From IMG/VR virus record IMGVR_UViG_3300043420_002024, positions 1-52,865 of that record: DNA of 52,865 nt. One strand, given 5' to 3'. This DNA comes from a virus. Lineage: Duplodnaviria > Caudoviricetes. The position numbers were made by a program, and so were the translations under genes. Position 1 is the first letter of the stretch, and each line of letters opens with the position of its first letter. Below are positions 35,095 to 43,445 of the stretch, piece after piece. Under the pieces are notes generated by a model. The model worked only from the letters and a program-made list of their open reading frames with translations. It made no database searches and had not been told where the DNA came from.

Positions 35095-36765
35095 ATGAAA
35101 AAATTACGAATATTGATGTGCTCAGAAGCCAGTTATTTAAATTCTGGATTTTCTGGATATGCTAAACAAATTCTCCGTCGTTTACACGCAACTAATAAGT
35201 ATATAATTGGAGAATTTGCTTCTTATGCTAGGATGCATGATCCTAGAGATCAAGATGTGCCGTGGATTTTTTATCCAAACGCTCCCAGCAATAACGACGA
35301 CGCTTCTGCTAAAGAATATAATGCTAATCCAGAAAATCAATTTGGTAGATGGAGATTTGAAAGAGTAGTAATAGATTTTAAGCCTGATATCATTTTCGAT
35401 ATTAGAGACTATTGGATGAACTCTTATCAGCAAAACTCTCCTCTAAGACCTTACTACCATTGGGTTGTAATGCCAACAGTAGATTCTGAGCCACAACAAG
35501 AAGACTGGATAGACACATACGTTTCTGCTGATGGCATATTAACTTATTCTGATTTTGGTCGAGACGTATTGCTAAAGCAAAGCAATAACAAAATCAAATA
35601 TTTTGATACTGCTTCTCCAGGTGTGGACCTATTAAACTTTAGACCTATGATAGAACAAAAAAGTCAAATCAGAGAACTTTTGGGAATGCCAAAAGACGCT
35701 TTTGTTATAGGTTCTGTAATGAGAAATCAAAAAAGAAAACTCATACCGGATCTATTTGATGCTATTAGAATATTAAAAGAAAAAAACCCAGAACTATATA
35801 ATAAAACATTTTTGTATCTACATACTAGTTATCCAGATGCTGGATGGGATATTCCACAGTTATTAAAAGATTATGACATAACGAATAAAGTATTTTTTAC
35901 ATATTATTGTCCTAAATGTGGCAACATTAGAGCATTATTGTTTAGTCATTCAAAAATAATGTGTAACAAATGCGGGTCTGACACTCTCGCTTTTCCAAAT
36001 GTTAATAACGGTATATCCACACAAAACTTAGCATTGATCTACAACTCTTTTGATTTATATGTTCAATACGCAATTTGCGAAGGGTTTGGAATGCCTCAAG
36101 TAGAAGCAACTGCTTGTGGAATACCTATAGCAACGGTAAACTATAGTGCGATGCAGGATATTGTACAAAATCTGAAAGCCTATCCTGTCAAAATACAAAA
36201 ATATTTTAAAGAGCTTGAAACAAAAGCAATCCGAGTATACCCGGACAATGATAATTTAGTAGAAATTATGGAAAAATTCTACAAACTTCCAGATTTACTC
36301 AAGCTTCAAAAAAGAACAGAAACTAGATCGTTAACAGAAAAACACTATAATTGGGACAATATAGCTAAGAAGTGGGAAAAATATTTTGATAACGCAGTGC
36401 TAACAGGTCTGCAAGGAAAATGGGACCATTCTTTACCAACCTATACTCCGATACCAGAAGAAATAATTGAATCAAAAATAGATAACTATACATTTGTATA
36501 TGGTACAATTAAAAAATTTCTACCGAATCATCCAATTATAAGTTCTATTATTCCTTTAAATATGATAAGAGATCTAGATTATGGTTTTGTTCAACATGGA
36601 ATGTCAATAGTTCCATATACAAAGAAAAATGTAGTTACTATCTTAAATTCGATTATAAATAACCATAATTTAGCACAAAACGCTCTTAAAAACGCAGATA
36701 AATTAGTTTATCCAGACTTTATACAGTATTCTCGTTTGAAACAGCAAACAAAGGTCAATTCATGA
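35095..36765 (+). CDS. GT-B glycosyltransferase (GT4-like) with an inserted zinc ribbon
   Basis: IL...EAS...SGF, FKPDI, PGVD, VMRNQKRK, EGFGMPQVEA.ACGIP, YNWD; insert CPKCG...CNKCG. Confidence 0.85.
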   Translation: MKKLRILMCSEASYLNSGFSGYAKQILRRLHATNKYIIGEFASYARMHDPRDQDVPWIFYPNAPSNNDDASAKEYNANPENQFGRWRFERVVIDFKPDIIFDIRDYWMNSYQQNSPLRPYYHWVVMPTVDSEPQQEDWIDTYVSADGILTYSDFGRDVLLKQSNNKIKYFDTASPGVDLLNFRPMIEQKSQIRELLGMPKDAFVIGSVMRNQKRKLIPDLFDAIRILKEKNPELYNKTFLYLHTSYPDAGWDIPQLLKDYDITNKVFFTYYCPKCGNIRALLFSHSKIMCNKCGSDTLAFPNVNNGISTQNLALIYNSFDLYVQYAICEGFGMPQVEATACGIPIATVNYSAMQDIVQNLKAYPVKIQKYFKELETKAIRVYPDNDNLVEIMEKFYKLPDLLKLQKRTETRSLTEKHYNWDNIAKKWEKYFDNAVLTGLQGKWDHSLPTYTPIPEEIIESKIDNYTFVYGTIKKFLPNHPIISSIIPLNMIRDLDYGFVQHGMSIVPYTKKNVVTILNSIINNHNLAQNALKNADKLVYPDFIQYSRLKQQTKVNS

Positions 36766-37883
36766 ATATTTTATTTGTAGGTCCATATAGACAAAAAGAC
36801 GGCTGGGGTTTAGCTGCAAGAGATTATATCAAAGCAATATCTACTGTTTCAAATATTAATCTAGCAACTAGATGCGTGTATACAGCTATGGCTTATTCTG
36901 ATGAAAATTTTTCGGACTCAGAAATATTGTTGTATGAAAAAAATTGTTTATCTAATTACGACATGATTATACAAAATGTTTTACCGGAAGATCTTTTTTA
37001 TGATAGCAGATTTAAAAAGAATATAGGTTTGTTTACACTAGAAATAAACGATCTTTCTAAAACAGACGTCATTAGAAATATCGATAGAATGGATGAAATA
37101 TGGGTTCCTTCAAAAATAGAAAAAAAGAGTCTTGTCGAAAGCGGAATCAATTCAAATAAAATTAAGGTCATATCTGAAGCATTAGATTTACAGCAAATAT
37201 CCCCTAGTAATCGTATTATTTTTGATAGTGAAATAGAACACAGTTTCAAGTTCTATACAATTGGAGAGTTTGTTTATCGTAAAAATCTAGAAGATTTAAT
37301 TATGGCTTTCCATCTAGAGTTTGATCTTTCAGATAATGTGTCTTTGATAATTAAAACCGGAAATAATGTTTCAGACACAAAAATATTTTCTGAAAAAATA
37401 AAAAAGAAACTACAGCTTAATAAACAATATAGACCAGAACTTTTTATTTCAAAAAGATTGTCGTATCAAGAAATTATTGATTTTCATTATTCCTGTGATT
37501 GTTTTGTTTCTGCTTCTTACGGAGAAGCTTTTTGCAGGCCCGCTGCTGAAGCTTTATGTTTGGGGAAAAATCCTATTGTTAACAAAAATACAGGAATGGC
37601 AGATTTTATTAATGAAGAAAATGGTTTTTTAGTTAAAAGCTATAAAACACCAGTTTTGTTAGAAAATAACCCAATCAATAACAATAATGATTATTATAAT
37701 GCTAATCAATATTGGTATAAAATAGATGTGTACGACTTAATGAATAAAATGAGAACAGCGTATGAAATGTACAAAAAAGATAAAGTTTTATGGGATCAAA
37801 AATCTGAATTAGGAATCTCTCAGAAACAGATATTTAGCTATGAAAATATAGGGAAAAAATTATGTATACAGCCTATACGGTAA
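36762..37883 (+). CDS. GT-B glycosyltransferase (GT4-like)
   Basis: GWGLAARDYI, DEIWVPS, FYTIGE..RKN, DCFVSASYGEAFCRPAAEA. Confidence 0.85.
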   Translation: MNILFVGPYRQKDGWGLAARDYIKAISTVSNINLATRCVYTAMAYSDENFSDSEILLYEKNCLSNYDMIIQNVLPEDLFYDSRFKKNIGLFTLEINDLSKTDVIRNIDRMDEIWVPSKIEKKSLVESGINSNKIKVISEALDLQQISPSNRIIFDSEIEHSFKFYTIGEFVYRKNLEDLIMAFHLEFDLSDNVSLIIKTGNNVSDTKIFSEKIKKKLQLNKQYRPELFISKRLSYQEIIDFHYSCDCFVSASYGEAFCRPAAEALCLGKNPIVNKNTGMADFINEENGFLVKSYKTPVLLENNPINNNNDYYNANQYWYKIDVYDLMNKMRTAYEMYKKDKVLWDQKSELGISQKQIFSYENIGKKLCIQPIR

Positions 37884-38773
37884 ACACAGTTATAAACAAC
37901 GCTATTGATGATAAGGATCAAGAAAAATTAGATATTATATACAGTGCTCATTATAGTATTTTTGATACAATATTATCGCAATGTCCTGTTACCTTGTATG
38001 CTGGCGGAGAAAACGCAAAAAAAGTATTTAGAAACAACACCGAAATATATACCGTGTATCAAGAAGATGTGTATATAAGGCCGTACAATAATTTAATTGC
38101 AAACAATACCATAAAATATGTTAATGAAGGACACGCTTACAATTTACATTTAAACGCTGTTATTTTTTGTCATGATTATGATTTGCGTAACATTAAAGCA
38201 GAGGAAAGGACTCTGGTCTGCAATAAAGGATTTAGGGAGTCCGATCTAATATTATCCTTTAACAATTCTCCAGAATCGCTAAATTGTGAACAGTTAAATT
38301 ACCTAAGAGTTAATTATAGCATACCTGAAATTTTCAATATCTCAAACAAAAACAAAAGAGAAAAAATTGGAGTTCTATCATACAATAAAGACTTATCAAA
38401 TGATTTGGTTACGTCTATACATCAAAATTCTGAAACGCTTAGTTCTATTCCAAATATAGAATCGTTAGCACAGGAACTTAATGAATATAGGGTTCTAGTT
38501 GAATTAGATCCAAATTCGATTATTAATATAATGGTTGGCGTATGTTGTGGATGTATTGGTATTATTCATGACCCACATGGGGTTTTAACAGAATATTCAG
38601 ATTTTCCAAATTTGTATATCGCAAAATCTATAGCAGAAATCCAAGAGCTTTTGGAGAAAGATATAGAGTATAAAGACAATAAAATTGATGATAAATACAG
38701 AAATTTTGAGAATTTTAGTAATTCTGTCTATAATGTCTTAACAGAAAACAAAAAAAGGGCTTTTAGAATATGA
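37862..38773 (+). CDS. Hypothetical protein, possibly a degenerate GT-B fold
   Basis: 303 aa; LAQELNEYRVLV...IMVGVCCGC resembles a decayed GT-B 'E..A.G' region. Confidence 0.5.
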   Translation: MYTAYTVNTVINNAIDDKDQEKLDIIYSAHYSIFDTILSQCPVTLYAGGENAKKVFRNNTEIYTVYQEDVYIRPYNNLIANNTIKYVNEGHAYNLHLNAVIFCHDYDLRNIKAEERTLVCNKGFRESDLILSFNNSPESLNCEQLNYLRVNYSIPEIFNISNKNKREKIGVLSYNKDLSNDLVTSIHQNSETLSSIPNIESLAQELNEYRVLVELDPNSIINIMVGVCCGCIGIIHDPHGVLTEYSDFPNLYIAKSIAEIQELLEKDIEYKDNKIDDKYRNFENFSNSVYNVLTENKKRAFRI

Positions 38774-39186
38774 AAAAAATTAATATTTGTGTCTCTAAAG
38801 AAGACGCTATAGCAAACTATAATAATATTCAACTTACTGAATTGTCGATGATAGCTAATGGTTCTATTGATGAAATTATATTTAGAACTGTAGATAATAT
38901 AGACGCTAGCGAAAAAGACTCTATGATCGTAACAGCGTTAAAAAAACTAAAAGAAAAAGGAACTTTAATTATAGAGTTTTTAGACATTTTGTCTATATCC
39001 AAACTTATTTTAAACGGTTCTCTAACATCTAAAAGCATATCTGGAATATTTGCGAATAAAAAGTCTTTTAGTTATGAAAAAGAAATAATAGACACGGTTA
39101 AAAATTTTCCACAGTTTAACATTCGTAATAGATATAAAAATAAAGATAATATTGTTATGAATATACACAAGGAATTAAACAAATGA
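38770..39186 (+). CDS. Hypothetical protein resembling a degenerate class I methyltransferase
   Basis: IANGSIDEII...KKLKEKGTLIIEFLD recalls the 'SVDEI...LKPGG.L.I..PD' pattern but lacks a GxG SAM motif. Confidence 0.5.
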   Translation: MKKINICVSKEDAIANYNNIQLTELSMIANGSIDEIIFRTVDNIDASEKDSMIVTALKKLKEKGTLIIEFLDILSISKLILNGSLTSKSISGIFANKKSFSYEKEIIDTVKNFPQFNIRNRYKNKDNIVMNIHKELNK

Positions 39187-39896
39187 ACAAAAATCATAAA
39201 AAGATTTTACATGTTATTTTTTCTTATCAGTTTACCAAAAATATGAAATATTTAGGACCAAAAGGTTCTATACAAATCAAACATCAAAATAGTAAAAAAC
39301 CTATTATACAACATCATATAAACGGAACAAGAAAACTATTTAAAAACGAAACTTTATCAACAAATATCGTTGTTGGTTTTGAAGCCGATAAGGTTCTAAA
39401 AACATTTGACAGTCAACCTAATTATATGTTCGTGCTAGATCATAAATATACTAACCATGGTAAGATTCTAAAAGACATATTGTTAAAATACAACAAAACA
39501 GAAGAACAATTCGCTGGCTGCTTAATATCTTCAGAAATTAGCTTTATACCGAAAACCACCTTGATAGATATGGATCTAAATGAAAGCTATTGTTTTTGTA
39601 CAGAACAGGACATTACGACAGACATAACATGTAATATCAATGATCAAGATTCAAAAATAGAATACATATCATATAACACATCGCCATACAAATGGACAGG
39701 AATGGCTTATTTGTCTAACGAAGCTATAAGATTAGTTAAACATATTAATCTAGCCTATAACACAGATCCTCTATTCTTAATGGAGGTATTAAACCAATCC
39801 ATTTCTTCTGGATTAAAAATCAATATGATTAACTTAAAAAAGAAAGATTTTGTTTATATCAAAAACAATTCTCTTAAACATAAACAAGGTAAATAA
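39183..39896 (+). CDS. Degenerate sugar/choline-phosphate nucleotidyltransferase-like (LicC-like) protein
   Basis: MKYLGPKGSI, PIIQHHI, IVVGFEADK, YTN, WTGMAYL, FLMEVLN retained; the AAGxGxR loop (IFSYQFTK) and the GD motif are absent. Confidence 0.6.
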   Translation: MNKNHKKILHVIFSYQFTKNMKYLGPKGSIQIKHQNSKKPIIQHHINGTRKLFKNETLSTNIVVGFEADKVLKTFDSQPNYMFVLDHKYTNHGKILKDILLKYNKTEEQFAGCLISSEISFIPKTTLIDMDLNESYCFCTEQDITTDITCNINDQDSKIEYISYNTSPYKWTGMAYLSNEAIRLVKHINLAYNTDPLFLMEVLNQSISSGLKINMINLKKKDFVYIKNNSLKHKQGK

Positions 39897-40642
39897 TGGC
39901 AACAGACATTTTAATTCATAAAAACGGATATACAAAAACACACAATTCTTTAATTTATGGTTTGATTAAGAATATTCAAAATCATAAAGTTATGAACTGT
40001 CATGATAAATTATATGATCTGTTCTTTATGTTCGAACCCAAAAAATTATTTTTGCAAATAGAAGAATATTCGAACGAATGGCATTCTTTTATTATAGATA
40101 CAGGAATAACCAATAAACCTGAAATCTATCTAACAATAGATAACAATATTGTACATAAAGATAAGTATCTCGACATTCTTAGTCAAATTAAAACATCTGG
40201 CACCAATTTTATAATACCAAAATGGCTATCTGACGAAATAAAGCCAGACCCCGCATTAAAACGAATAGTCTATAACAATCTATATAACAATGATGTATTT
40301 TATTCGTTAGAATCAAAAACAAATAGAAATGACAAAATTTTATGTATATTATCAGACGATACCGATTGTATTAACGAAGTAAAGGATTATTTATATCCAA
40401 ATAAAATGGGACATAAGATGGTCATGGTTAATAATGCTCAGGTAATACATCCACAAAATATAGGAATTATGTTGGATTCTGATATGAATGTTGCTTTAAA
40501 TACTTATGGTTCAGTTATTGATTTAACAAAATCGTATGATGCAGAAATCGCGAGTTGTGGCATTAAAAAATTCCTAGAGCCTGAATCAAATATCTCAGAA
40601 ATTGTGGACACAGACACCTTTATTAAAGAACATATAACATGA
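39896..40642 (+). CDS. Hypothetical protein, possibly glycosyltransferase-derived
   Basis: 248 aa; LYDLF...EP, PQNIG, EIASCG are weakly GT-like. Confidence 0.5.
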   Translation: MATDILIHKNGYTKTHNSLIYGLIKNIQNHKVMNCHDKLYDLFFMFEPKKLFLQIEEYSNEWHSFIIDTGITNKPEIYLTIDNNIVHKDKYLDILSQIKTSGTNFIIPKWLSDEIKPDPALKRIVYNNLYNNDVFYSLESKTNRNDKILCILSDDTDCINEVKDYLYPNKMGHKMVMVNNAQVIHPQNIGIMLDSDMNVALNTYGSVIDLTKSYDAEIASCGIKKFLEPESNISEIVDTDTFIKEHIT

Positions 40643-41109
40643 AATACGAAAAAACTATAGGCTTTTACTGCCCTTTTATTCATAACAATCAGGAACATCA
40701 AAGACTGGCGGATCTGCTTAATGACCTATCTGATGACTTTACTACCGTTCTATTTAATAGTTCATATGGTATCATCAATAATAATATTGTAAAATATGCT
40801 ATTTTACATTGCAATCAAGCCAAGTATTTTTATGGTAAGTTATTTTTGTTCGATATCGATTCGGTATCTATAGCAAATACATTTCCCGGCCCTTCCAAAA
40901 AAATATTTATAGCATCTGATATATTTTGGGAAAACAAATCGATGCCAGCTTCTGTATTAAGCAATTTAGTTTCAGACGATATAGATATTTTAACTTATGA
41001 TAAAACAACTTATGATCTCTATGATATTTGTCTTAAAACGCCAATACATAATTTTGAAAATGGCTTAAACAATGAGAGTATAAAAAAAGTAATATATGAA
41101 CAACTATAA
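40639..41109 (+). CDS. Hypothetical protein
   Basis: 156 aa; ATGA-coupled in the same operon. Confidence 0.65.
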   Translation: MKYEKTIGFYCPFIHNNQEHQRLADLLNDLSDDFTTVLFNSSYGIINNNIVKYAILHCNQAKYFYGKLFLFDIDSVSIANTFPGPSKKIFIASDIFWENKSMPASVLSNLVSDDIDILTYDKTTYDLYDICLKTPIHNFENGLNNESIKKVIYEQL

Positions 41110-41881
41110 TAATTTATCTGACATAGAAAAATACAATATCTTAAATCAATATTATGTAAAAGAAAATAAGAGTTTCCAAGATATTGCAAAAATGTTTAAT
41201 ACCTATCCAAATAGAGTGCGTAGAGACGCTATTAAGCATAATATTAAAATTAGAAATAAAAGTGAAGCTCAAAAAAATGCCTTAAAGACAGGAAAGCATA
41301 AGCACCCAACAAAAGGTACTATAAGAAGCGAAAACACAAAGGGGAAAATAGGCTCCTCTGTAATGAACTCTTGGGAGAATTTAAGCAAGTCGGAACTAAA
41401 AAGAAGAAAAGAAATAGCTAAATCTAATTGGGAAAAATTATCCGAAGACGAAAAACAACAAAGGCTACAAAAAGCAAACGAAGCTGTTCGGGCCACCAGT
41501 AAATTAGGATCAAAACTAGAAAGATTTCTACTAGAAAATTTGATTGCCAATAATATAAAAGTAGAGCCTCACAAGGAACAAATCCTGAGTAATACCAAAC
41601 TTCACATAGACTTGTTCTTACCAAAACATAATATAGCTATAGAGGTAGACGGACCTTCTCATTTTTCTCCAGTTTGGGGAGAAGAAGCATTGAAGAGAAA
41701 TCAAAACTACGATCACAATAAAACAGGGCTATTAACAGGAAAAGGGATTAACCTTATAAGGATTAAGCAAAAAAGGGACTTTTCTAAGTCTAGAGCAAAA
41801 GTCATTTTTGGACGGCTTATGGAAGCTATAGCAGATATTAGGAATCAAGGAATAAACTATATTCAAATAGGAGATGAATAA
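41096..41881 (+). CDS. Free-standing homing-endonuclease-like protein: HTH + NUMOD3-like segment + DUF559/Vsr nuclease
   Basis: KSFQDIAKMFNT HTH, KGTIRSENTKGKIG, repeated W..LS..E...R helices, SKLE, IDLFLP...AIEVDGPSHF. Confidence 0.75.
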   Translation: MNNYNNLSDIEKYNILNQYYVKENKSFQDIAKMFNTYPNRVRRDAIKHNIKIRNKSEAQKNALKTGKHKHPTKGTIRSENTKGKIGSSVMNSWENLSKSELKRRKEIAKSNWEKLSEDEKQQRLQKANEAVRATSKLGSKLERFLLENLIANNIKVEPHKEQILSNTKLHIDLFLPKHNIAIEVDGPSHFSPVWGEEALKRNQNYDHNKTGLLTGKGINLIRIKQKRDFSKSRAKVIFGRLMEAIADIRNQGINYIQIGDE

Positions 41882-42610
41882 ATGCCACCAAAAGCAAAGA
41901 AAAAAGAAGAAACTACAGAAAACGAAGAAAACATTTTAATTCCTACTATCCATGACATTGGATGGACAGATTATGTTTTAAGCTTTTTGGAAGAAGAAGA
42001 AAAAATTATGGGTAATCCAACAACAGATGGTTTGCGTAGAATTTTTGAAAAAGTTATGGGTTGCGAGATCACCCATGCCGATACTAATGTTATACAGGCT
42101 CCTGCTAGAGAAAACGAAATGAGAGCAACTGTAACACACACGATTACCTATATTTTAAACAGAGAGCATCATGAAGGCTCCAAGACAGCATTTTTAAATA
42201 GCAGGTCTGTAACTGGCGCTGCTGATGTTTATTGGGGTAACTGCGATAAGATTTTCCGAAATCATCCTGTTGCTGTTGCGGAGACTAGGGCCGAGGGTCG
42301 TGCCCTGCGCAGGGCTCTACGTTTGCGTAAAGTGGTAGCAGCAGAGGAAATGGCTTCGGATATTGAGGACCATCCAGATGCTGGAAATATAGACAAGATA
42401 ACAAACAATCAAATTAATTTTATTGATGTTTTATCTAAAAGACTAAATGTAAATGTGCTAAAAATGCTTGAAAAACTTGACATAAAAGAAGAAAACGTTT
42501 ATAATATTACATACGATAATGCCGTTAAGATAGCATCTTCGTTGGCTAGTTACCAACAAAAAGATTCTGTGTCAGATGATATCTTAGGTTATGATTCTAA
42601 CTGGAAATAG
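41882..42610 (+). CDS. Rad52/Sak-like single-strand annealing protein (putative)
   Basis: GLRR...ATVT...TGAAD...AVAETRAEGRALRRAL...AAEEM; C-terminal IT..QINFI small helical domain. Confidence 0.6.
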   Translation: MPPKAKKKEETTENEENILIPTIHDIGWTDYVLSFLEEEEKIMGNPTTDGLRRIFEKVMGCEITHADTNVIQAPARENEMRATVTHTITYILNREHHEGSKTAFLNSRSVTGAADVYWGNCDKIFRNHPVAVAETRAEGRALRRALRLRKVVAAEEMASDIEDHPDAGNIDKITNNQINFIDVLSKRLNVNVLKMLEKLDIKEENVYNITYDNAVKIASSLASYQQKDSVSDDILGYDSNWK

Positions 42611-42617
42611 GTGAAAG

Positions 42618-42950
42618 ATGAAACTAAATTATAGAGTTAACGATAAACTAGAATTTGAGCTAGAAGGCGCTGGGCAAAAAGAAATATTTAAAGAATTATC
42701 AACAATACAAGAGATATTTGGAGAAGAGTCTTGCGGGTTGTGTAACAAAAACAATATTAGATATATAGTTAGAAATGTTGAAGGCAATGATTTCTATGAA
42801 CTGAGGTGTTCAGACTGTGGTGCAGTACTGGCTTTTGGTCAACATAAAAAAGGCGGTACTCTCTTTCCAAAAAGGAAAGATGAAGCCAATGACTACTTAC
42901 CCAATAGAGGGTGGCACAAATGGCAGAAAGACAACTCTAAAAAGTCTTAG
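42618..42950 (+). CDS. Hypothetical zinc-ribbon protein
   Basis: CGLC...YELRCSDCGA, then GQHKKGGTLFPKR...GWHKW. Confidence 0.7.
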   Translation: MKLNYRVNDKLEFELEGAGQKEIFKELSTIQEIFGEESCGLCNKNNIRYIVRNVEGNDFYELRCSDCGAVLAFGQHKKGGTLFPKRKDEANDYLPNRGWHKWQKDNSKKS

Positions 42951-43432
42951 TCCTTTATAGCACCCCATTTACCAGTTGGGCAAACTTGATTTTTTTGGGC
43001 TAACTTGTTTTTATAATTAGCATCTCTAACAACTACACAACCGCACAATAAACAAGAATCATTTTCATAATATTCGCAGGTGCTACATATTTTTAATCTT
43101 TGATTGATTTGTTCTTGCGAGCAAATATTATTTGTTTCTACAGCTTGTTTGATTTGCTCAACATCTTTAAGAAATTTATCGGCGCTACCATATTTTTCTA
43201 AAACATGTTGTAGTATATTTTCTTCAAAATTATCAGATGTTAATCCTGAAACAACCTTATCTCTATTAGGATCAATAGTTTGATTAATAGCATCCCTTTT
43301 TGCAAAACAGATAACTTTAGAATTTTCTGGATTTTCTAAAAGTAGCTGAATATCGCAATACTTACATTTGTATATATCTCTTTTATTGAATTGAGCGCCT
43401 GTTTTTTCAAATTCACAATATAAATTTTCCAT
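42947..43432 (-). CDS. Cys-rich hypothetical protein with a DUF6171-like C-terminal domain
   Basis: RLKICSTCEY...CLLCGC...K.....CPTGKW motif; N-terminal CKYC. Confidence 0.7.
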   Translation of the reverse strand: MENLYCEFEKTGAQFNKRDIYKCKYCDIQLLLENPENSKVICFAKRDAINQTIDPNRDKVVSGLTSDNFEENILQHVLEKYGSADKFLKDVEQIKQAVETNNICSQEQINQRLKICSTCEYYENDSCLLCGCVVVRDANYKNKLAQKNQVCPTGKWGAIKD

Positions 43433-43445
43433 TATTTTTGTAACC

